49,335 nucleotides of DNA from a virus, in IMG/VR virus record IMGVR_UViG_3300045988_128238, positions 1 through 49,335 of that record. One strand, given 5' to 3'. Shown here piece after piece: positions 44,818 to 49,335 of this stretch. The notes under the pieces were generated by a model, which was not told the DNA's origin, did no database searches, and worked only from the letters and a program-made list of their open reading frames with translations. How positions within the stretch are numbered: position 1 is the first letter of the stretch; each line of letters opens with the position of its first letter. A program made the translations under genes and the position numbers.

Positions 44818-46418
44818 TAATTACCTCCTTCTACACCAAGTATATATAGTTCTAAAGCATGAACAGCTAGAATAACAGCATCTAGGTCGTCAGGAGACCT
44901 CTTCAGTACTTGTCTAATGACATCTTTACCGATTAGGGTAACTTTATCAAGCTCTTTATTTTTGAGCTGTATAGCTCTCATTTGAGTCAATAGAGTTTCC
45001 TTAATTTCAGAAGCAAACACAACTTTATTCTCTTGCATAAGCTGTCTTAGGACTAAGTGCATCTCTGCTCTTCTATTTCTAGCCATTAAAGCAGTATCTA
45101 CATGACTTGCTACCTTCTCAGGTGTAGGTCTTCCACCAAAATCAATAGGATATATGGTAACCCTATCAAATGTAGGTCTATTCATCATCTCTACAATCAA
45201 GTGAGAACCTTGACCTGTATCAATAGCAAGTGATACTACATTGTACTTCATAACTACTTGCTCTATACCGTCTACAATTTCTCTTGTAGACCTTGCATCA
45301 GACCATTCATCAGGTCTTAAGTTGATGGTATCTGTTACCCTTACAAGGGCATCCTTATCAGTGTCATACATAGATAAAGCAAGTGTAATACCATCTGAAC
45401 CTTTATAGGCTGAGTCAATTCCTAGAGCTGATATAGTGCGTGGTGAGATACTACTAATATCATGTCTAGGAGCTACAATCATTGGAGCATTGAAGAACTC
45501 TGAGCTATTTTCATCATACTCACAAAGCAAGTTGATTCTTATAGACTCTTCAGTTCTAGCAAAGTCAGAAGCTAACACCTCTTCAGGAGTCATTTTAATT
45601 GAGTCTGATTCCATTGAAGTAACTATGTTACCCCATATAACAAACTCATCATCCTTCAGATTAGGGTTAGTAACAGATTCATGGAAGTGATTTAAGAAAC
45701 GAGGGTTACTAATACCAAAAAGGATAAGTGATTCTCCATCATCTCTTTCAAACTCACGTCTACCAAGCTCTGTCAAGGCACGTTCTGAGATAAAGTCCAT
45801 TTCATCAATAAGAACATGAGAACCTTCACCAATGTTTTCATCTGAGTCCATACTAGAGAAGGTATCACCTGTAGATTTAGTATCAATCTTGTTACCATTC
45901 TTAAAGACAATCCTAGACTTACTATAAGCTGTCTCAGACCGTCCTAGGAGCTTGTCAGCCTTGCTTATGGAAGCCTTGGACTCTTCTACCAACATGTTCT
46001 TCATGTCGATACTAGCCCCTCTTAGATGCCTTCTAGCGTGTTCCATAACCTTAGCTGTTCTTGATGATTTAGATGCAACTACAGATACACTGTAGCTGTG
46101 CATTGCTAAATAGTTAGCTAAAGCTCCCATGATAAATGATTTACCAAACCTTGGAGGTTCAATCATGTAACCAGTATGATAGTCACCAGATATTAAAGCT
46201 CCAATAGCTAAAGCTTGGTCAAAGTTGAGTTCTATATTCATTTCAGCTAAGAACTCTGTATAACCTAGTTTAGCATAATGTAATCTTTTCTCAATAGGTA
46301 TTGAGTTTCTGATGTAAGAGTCAGGATGTGGTATATACCCCTTTAACCAAGGTAATAACTCACTTTTAGGATGGACTTCACCAAGTTTTAGTACAAGTCT
46401 ATCCCTCAGTTTCCCCAT
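44817..46418 (-). CDS. terL: Terminase large subunit
   Basis: Walker A PPRFGKS, Walker B VLIDEMDF, and the nuclease-half segment LGIDSAYKGSDG. Confidence 0.85.
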   Translation of the reverse strand: MGKLRDRLVLKLGEVHPKSELLPWLKGYIPHPDSYIRNSIPIEKRLHYAKLGYTEFLAEMNIELNFDQALAIGALISGDYHTGYMIEPPRFGKSFIMGALANYLAMHSYSVSVVASKSSRTAKVMEHARRHLRGASIDMKNMLVEESKASISKADKLLGRSETAYSKSRIVFKNGNKIDTKSTGDTFSSMDSDENIGEGSHVLIDEMDFISERALTELGRREFERDDGESLILFGISNPRFLNHFHESVTNPNLKDDEFVIWGNIVTSMESDSIKMTPEEVLASDFARTEESIRINLLCEYDENSSEFFNAPMIVAPRHDISSISPRTISALGIDSAYKGSDGITLALSMYDTDKDALVRVTDTINLRPDEWSDARSTREIVDGIEQVVMKYNVVSLAIDTGQGSHLIVEMMNRPTFDRVTIYPIDFGGRPTPEKVASHVDTALMARNRRAEMHLVLRQLMQENKVVFASEIKETLLTQMRAIQLKNKELDKVTLIGKDVIRQVLKRSPDDLDAVILAVHALELYILGVEGGN

Positions 46419-46971
46419 CTGTACCCTCTTCTAGTCTTAATACCTCATCATGTTCTAGTTCTTTCTGTTCTTCTTTGGAATCTTTACCATAATCTTTCCA
46501 AATATTACCTAGTTCATCAAACTTATCTAGGATAAGCTCCCTTGTAGCTGATGCAGTATTATCACTATCATCAGAAACTAGAGCCATAGATACTTCCCTA
46601 GATACTGCTTTACCTTCAACCCTATCAGCCCATTCTTTACGTTCATCTGAACTAATCATAGATAGTTTAGTTTGAACTAAAGCATTAACCCTTGTAGCTG
46701 TAGGTACTGGAATATTTTCTACAAATTCTACATCTAGTTTTTTGACTTTACTAACTACAAGAGGTGCAATACCCCAAAACATCTCTACTACCTCTAACTG
46801 GTCTAAAGACATTTCAGATAAAGCTCTCATTTCAGTAGAATAGGCTCTATTTTTCTTTTTTGATTTTGGTAGGTCTGAGTGTCCATACCAATATTTAGGA
46901 AAGGGAATACCTCTACTAAGAAAGTAGTCTCTATCCTTACCTTCAATAGCTAATTTAATTTCATCTTTCAT
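46399..46971 (-). CDS. terS: Terminase small subunit (putative)
   Basis: Position upstream of and overlapping terL. 190 aa. Confidence 0.55.
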   Translation of the reverse strand: MKDEIKLAIEGKDRDYFLSRGIPFPKYWYGHSDLPKSKKKNRAYSTEMRALSEMSLDQLEVVEMFWGIAPLVVSKVKKLDVEFVENIPVPTATRVNALVQTKLSMISSDERKEWADRVEGKAVSREVSMALVSDDSDNTASATRELILDKFDELGNIWKDYGKDSKEEQKELEHDEVLRLEEGTDGETEG

Positions 46972-47000
46972 AAGTAAACCCCTTTTTACTTGGAATACAA

Positions 47001-47072
47001 TAGTTCCACCAGGAATCGAACCTGGAGTAGAGGTTTAGAAGACCTCTGTGTTATCCGTTACACCATAGAACC
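47001..47072 (-). tRNA. tRNA-Arg (anticodon UCU)
   Basis: Hand-folded cloverleaf: acceptor GGUUCUA/UGGAACU, anticodon stem GAGGU/ACCUC with loop CUUCUAA, T arm CCAGG-UUCGAUU-CCUGG. No encoded CCA. Confidence 0.85.
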
Positions 47073-47073
47073 T

Positions 47074-47107
47074 AAAATAAAAACCATACTCCTTCCCAGG
47101 AGTATGG
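47074..47107 (-). terminator. Terminator-like hairpin abutting the 5' end of tRNA-Arg
   Basis: Minus strand reads CCATACTCC-tgggaa-GGAGTATGG followed by TTTTTATTTT. Confidence 0.5.
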
Positions 47108-47136
47108 AATCTAGAAAGGAATTACAACGTAAAAAT

Positions 47137-47206
47137 CAACCAATACCAAGTAACTAATAATAGTGAATTGACCCCTAAACCATTATTAGCTACTTGCTAT
47201 TGGTTG
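47137..47206 (-). other. 70-nt long hairpin between the two tRNAs
   Basis: Helices of 9, 6 and 8 bp are separated by symmetric 1x1 mismatches. The apical loop carries the GAATTGACC/GGTCAATTC motif. Confidence 0.5.
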
Positions 47207-47235
47207 GTTATATAATTACTGTAGCTTACCTTTTC

Positions 47236-47306
<71 letters not shown>

Positions 47307-47372
47307 ATCAAGTAACTTATAAAAGTTACTCTAGGAATAGGAAAAGTTATGAATCCTTTAGGACATACAGTA

Positions 47373-47401
47373 ATTATATATTATATTATTATAATTGTCA
47401 A
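47373..47401 (-). promoter_or_regulatory. Promoter TTGACA-17-TATAAT driving the tRNA genes
   Basis: Perfect consensus on the minus strand, 67 nt upstream of tRNA-Cys. Confidence 0.75.
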
Positions 47402-47410
47402 TAGTTATTT

Positions 47411-48222
47411 AGTAATTCTTAGTGATTGAGAGCTACAGACGTGCTTGCATGTCTGTACTCGAAGAACTTAGAATTACTTATTGATAAACTACAGAGTTTA
47501 TTTAATAAGCTACAGTAATTATTATTAATTAACTAATCGCAAGGCTTTGCTGTGGGGCAAGCCTTGCTAAGTAACTGAGTTGGTTTGAAGACTTGCAAAA
47601 CCAACGAACGTTACGGTTAATGATACTGTTAATGAAACTGACTTATGCTTACAAGGAAACCCCCCCCCCAAGGCAATTATGTAATTACTTCGTGTGAGAA
47701 TAGGATTTACAGACTCCTTCAAGCATGATATCTGTAAATTTACAAACCTACTTCTGAGAACAATCGACGTAGCTGATTAATTAGGACTGGTCAATTTCCT
47801 AAAACACAATTAATAGTTGTGTTCAGTTGGAGATATTGTTCATACTAAGTAATAAATACTTAGCCTACTCACACTGCAGTCATTCATGACGTAGCATTTC
47901 AACATCTGTCAGACCCACTAGGTGGGAGTGCTTTTGACACACCTTAGAGATGTCTTTATCAGGTCAATTCCCTTAACTAGATGCCTCTAGTCGCTGGAAG
48001 AAGCTCTTTAGATATTCACTATCATGTTAACCCTTTGTAGCTATTACTACTTAGGCATCATAGCTTATTCTCTATTGAGGTAATTCCTCCGTAGTTACAG
48101 TATCTCTTAAACTGAGCAGTAACAAACCTCAGTCACCGTTTTTTCCAAGCTTACTTGAGGGTAAAACGTTTAGTGCTTTATAAAAACCCCTGAACCTGTA
48201 GTGCAATTTATATTTAATTGTA
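47411..48222 (-). ncRNA. Large (~0.8 kb) structured non-coding RNA candidate (GOLLD/ROOL-like context; family unassigned)
   Basis: Has its own promoter and upstream terminators. No ORF. GC is elevated relative to the flanks. At least 9 perfect local stems. The strand is inferred from the flanking signals. Confidence 0.55.
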
Positions 48223-48228
48223 ATTACA

Positions 48229-48256
48229 ATTATAACACATAAATTTATAAAAGCAA
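48229..48256 (-). promoter_or_regulatory. Promoter TTGCTT-16-TGtTATAAT (extended -10)
   Basis: Read on the minus strand. Lies immediately downstream of two terminators. Confidence 0.65.
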
Positions 48257-48257
48257 T

Positions 48258-48296
48258 AGAAAACACAAAAAAGCCACAAGGTGAAAACTTGGGCTT
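48258..48296 (-). terminator. Intrinsic terminator
   Basis: Minus strand reads AAGCC-C-AAG-ttttcac-CTTG-t-GGCTT followed by TTTTTTGTGTTTT. Confidence 0.7.
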
Positions 48297-48371
48297 CTTC
48301 TGTACAACTAAATAGATTTAACTACAAATATAGTATAACCTATAATTCTAAATAAGTCAACATAAAATTAC

Positions 48372-48405
48372 AAAAAAAGTACAGTGTTGGATGTCTGTAC
48401 TTTTT
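48372..48405. terminator. Bidirectional intrinsic terminator
   Basis: A7-AGTACAG-N10-CTGTACT-T5. Confidence 0.75.
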
Positions 48406-48772
48406 AACATGAATAATAAGGAGTCTTTATTATCAAGAATAGATATTAAAGTTGATATAAAATGTCAGTGTTGATGCTTACAAATCATCACTTCTATTTT
48501 ATATTTGAACTATTTCTAGCTCATGACTATATAATACACCAAAAAAGAACCTAAGTCAATACCTAGATTCTTTTAAGGGATAAATAATAAAACAGAAAGG
48601 TAATTCAAATGGCTTTTTAACTACCGTGAATTAATTATACCATAAGAAAAAGAGATGTCAATGGCACTAACATCTCTCTCATCCATTTATATAGAGTAAA
48701 CCTTATGAACACTCAACAGCATTGTTCACATCTATTAGTATAGACCAATTAAACTACAGAGTCAACAATTAT

Positions 48773-49024
48773 CTATGGATATTTAACCTTTTTAGCCTCA
48801 CTAAGCTGTTCCTTACACAGTAAGTATAAATTAGTGATGTCATAACCCATACATCCATGTTTATTATACCAGTCCCACTTAACCTGTAGCTGTGTATAAC
48901 GCTCTGATTTCTCTTCTCTTAAGTCTTCTAGCATCAGTGGTATATATCTACCCATAACCAATACATCGTCCTTAGAAAGCTTATTAGACACCTTATATGA
49001 CCTCCTATCTAGTAAATGTTCCAT
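48773..49024 (-). CDS. Hypothetical protein (83 aa)
   Basis: ORF overlapping the upstream gene by 20 nt. Confidence 0.55.
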   Translation of the reverse strand: MEHLLDRRSYKVSNKLSKDDVLVMGRYIPLMLEDLREEKSERYTQLQVKWDWYNKHGCMGYDITNLYLLCKEQLSEAKKVKYP

Positions 49025-49316
49025 CCTTCATAGTAAACTTCCTTTGCACATCTACAGGAAGTAAACTTAATACCTCTTTCTTCATAGCATTAATCTCCCT
49101 GTAGCTAAGCCTATCATGTTCATCCCATCTCTTCTTAACTACAGAACGGTATTTATTATACTCATCTATAAGACCATAAGCCTTTAAATAGTCAATCATA
49201 ATAGCTAAAGTACCTAAATACTTACCCCAACCTAAGTGATGTCCTTTAGTAGATACACCATTAAACTTACTTTGTTGTGTAAAGAAGTGTCTCCATTCTT
49301 TTTCAACTCTATCCAT
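49005..49316 (-). CDS. Hypothetical protein (103 aa)
   Basis: ORF. Its start lies in the 55-bp overlap and is translationally coupled to gene 36-248 across the circular junction. Confidence 0.6.
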   Translation of the reverse strand: MDRVEKEWRHFFTQQSKFNGVSTKGHHLGWGKYLGTLAIMIDYLKAYGLIDEYNKYRSVVKKRWDEHDRLSYREINAMKKEVLSLLPVDVQRKFTMKDGTFTR

Positions 49317-49335
49317 TAGTCAGCACCTCTCAAAG
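49281..49335. repeat. Terminal overlap copy 2, identical to 1-55
   Basis: Exact identity. Confidence 0.95.

Noticed and set aside
47486-47497. 12-nt direct repeat AAACTACAGAGT (also at 48751-48762) bracketing the non-coding block, considered as a target-site duplication of a mobile insertion
   Set aside because: It is a single short AT-rich repeat, CTACAG words are common throughout this genome, and no transposase or inverted ends are present. It may be chance.
47411-48222. Group I/II intron or cos-site interpretation of the structured region
   Set aside because: No interrupted flanking ORF or tRNA exons are present, I recognised no domain V-like or P7/P3 core, and there is no intron-encoded protein. 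A packaging-site role cannot be excluded from sequence alone. The dedicated promoter and upstream terminators favour an RNA product.

Overview
The window is a complete, circularly closed genome of a tailed dsDNA phage. Bases 1-55 are identical to 49281-49335, so the unique length is about 49,280 bp. It is low-GC and siphovirus-like, with Firmicutes/Lactobacillales-type lysis genes (phiLC3-type holin, CHAP+GH25 endolysin). I found no integrase, so it is probably virulent.

Layout:
- A roughly 1.1-kb non-coding hub (249-1376) carries iterons, phased repeats and divergent promoters.
- The plus-strand arm (1296-15250) holds small early genes behind near-consensus sigma-A promoters and a recombination/replication module: HTH-PD-(D/E)XK nuclease, Sak4-like ATPase, SSB-like protein, DUF3310, dUTPase, one 1266-aa primase-helicase-exonuclease-PolA polypeptide, an HD protein and RuvC.
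- The minus-strand arm (49316 down to 15618, starting with 248-36 across the circular junction) runs: three small ORFs, terminators, an ORF-free structured region of about 0.8 kb, tRNA-Cys, tRNA-Arg, terS, terL, portal, a six-gene island, protease-scaffold, capsid, connectors, large tail tube, 1663-aa tape measure, baseplate/tail lysin/fibres, holins, endolysin and a secreted protein.

Most notable observations:
1. A promoter- and terminator-delimited large structured ncRNA candidate next to the tRNAs (GOLLD/ROOL-like context).
2. A LAGLIDADG intein inserted exactly at the catalytic Cys of the endolysin CHAP domain.
3. A tail-fibre protein with 21 Tyr-phased heptads and a 20-proline tract of matching physical length (antigen I/II-like alpha/PPII stalk hypothesis).
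4. An all-in-one replicase fusion.
5. Strongly Cys-enriched virion proteins together with a phage tRNA-Cys.

All calls come from manual reading. No database search was run.
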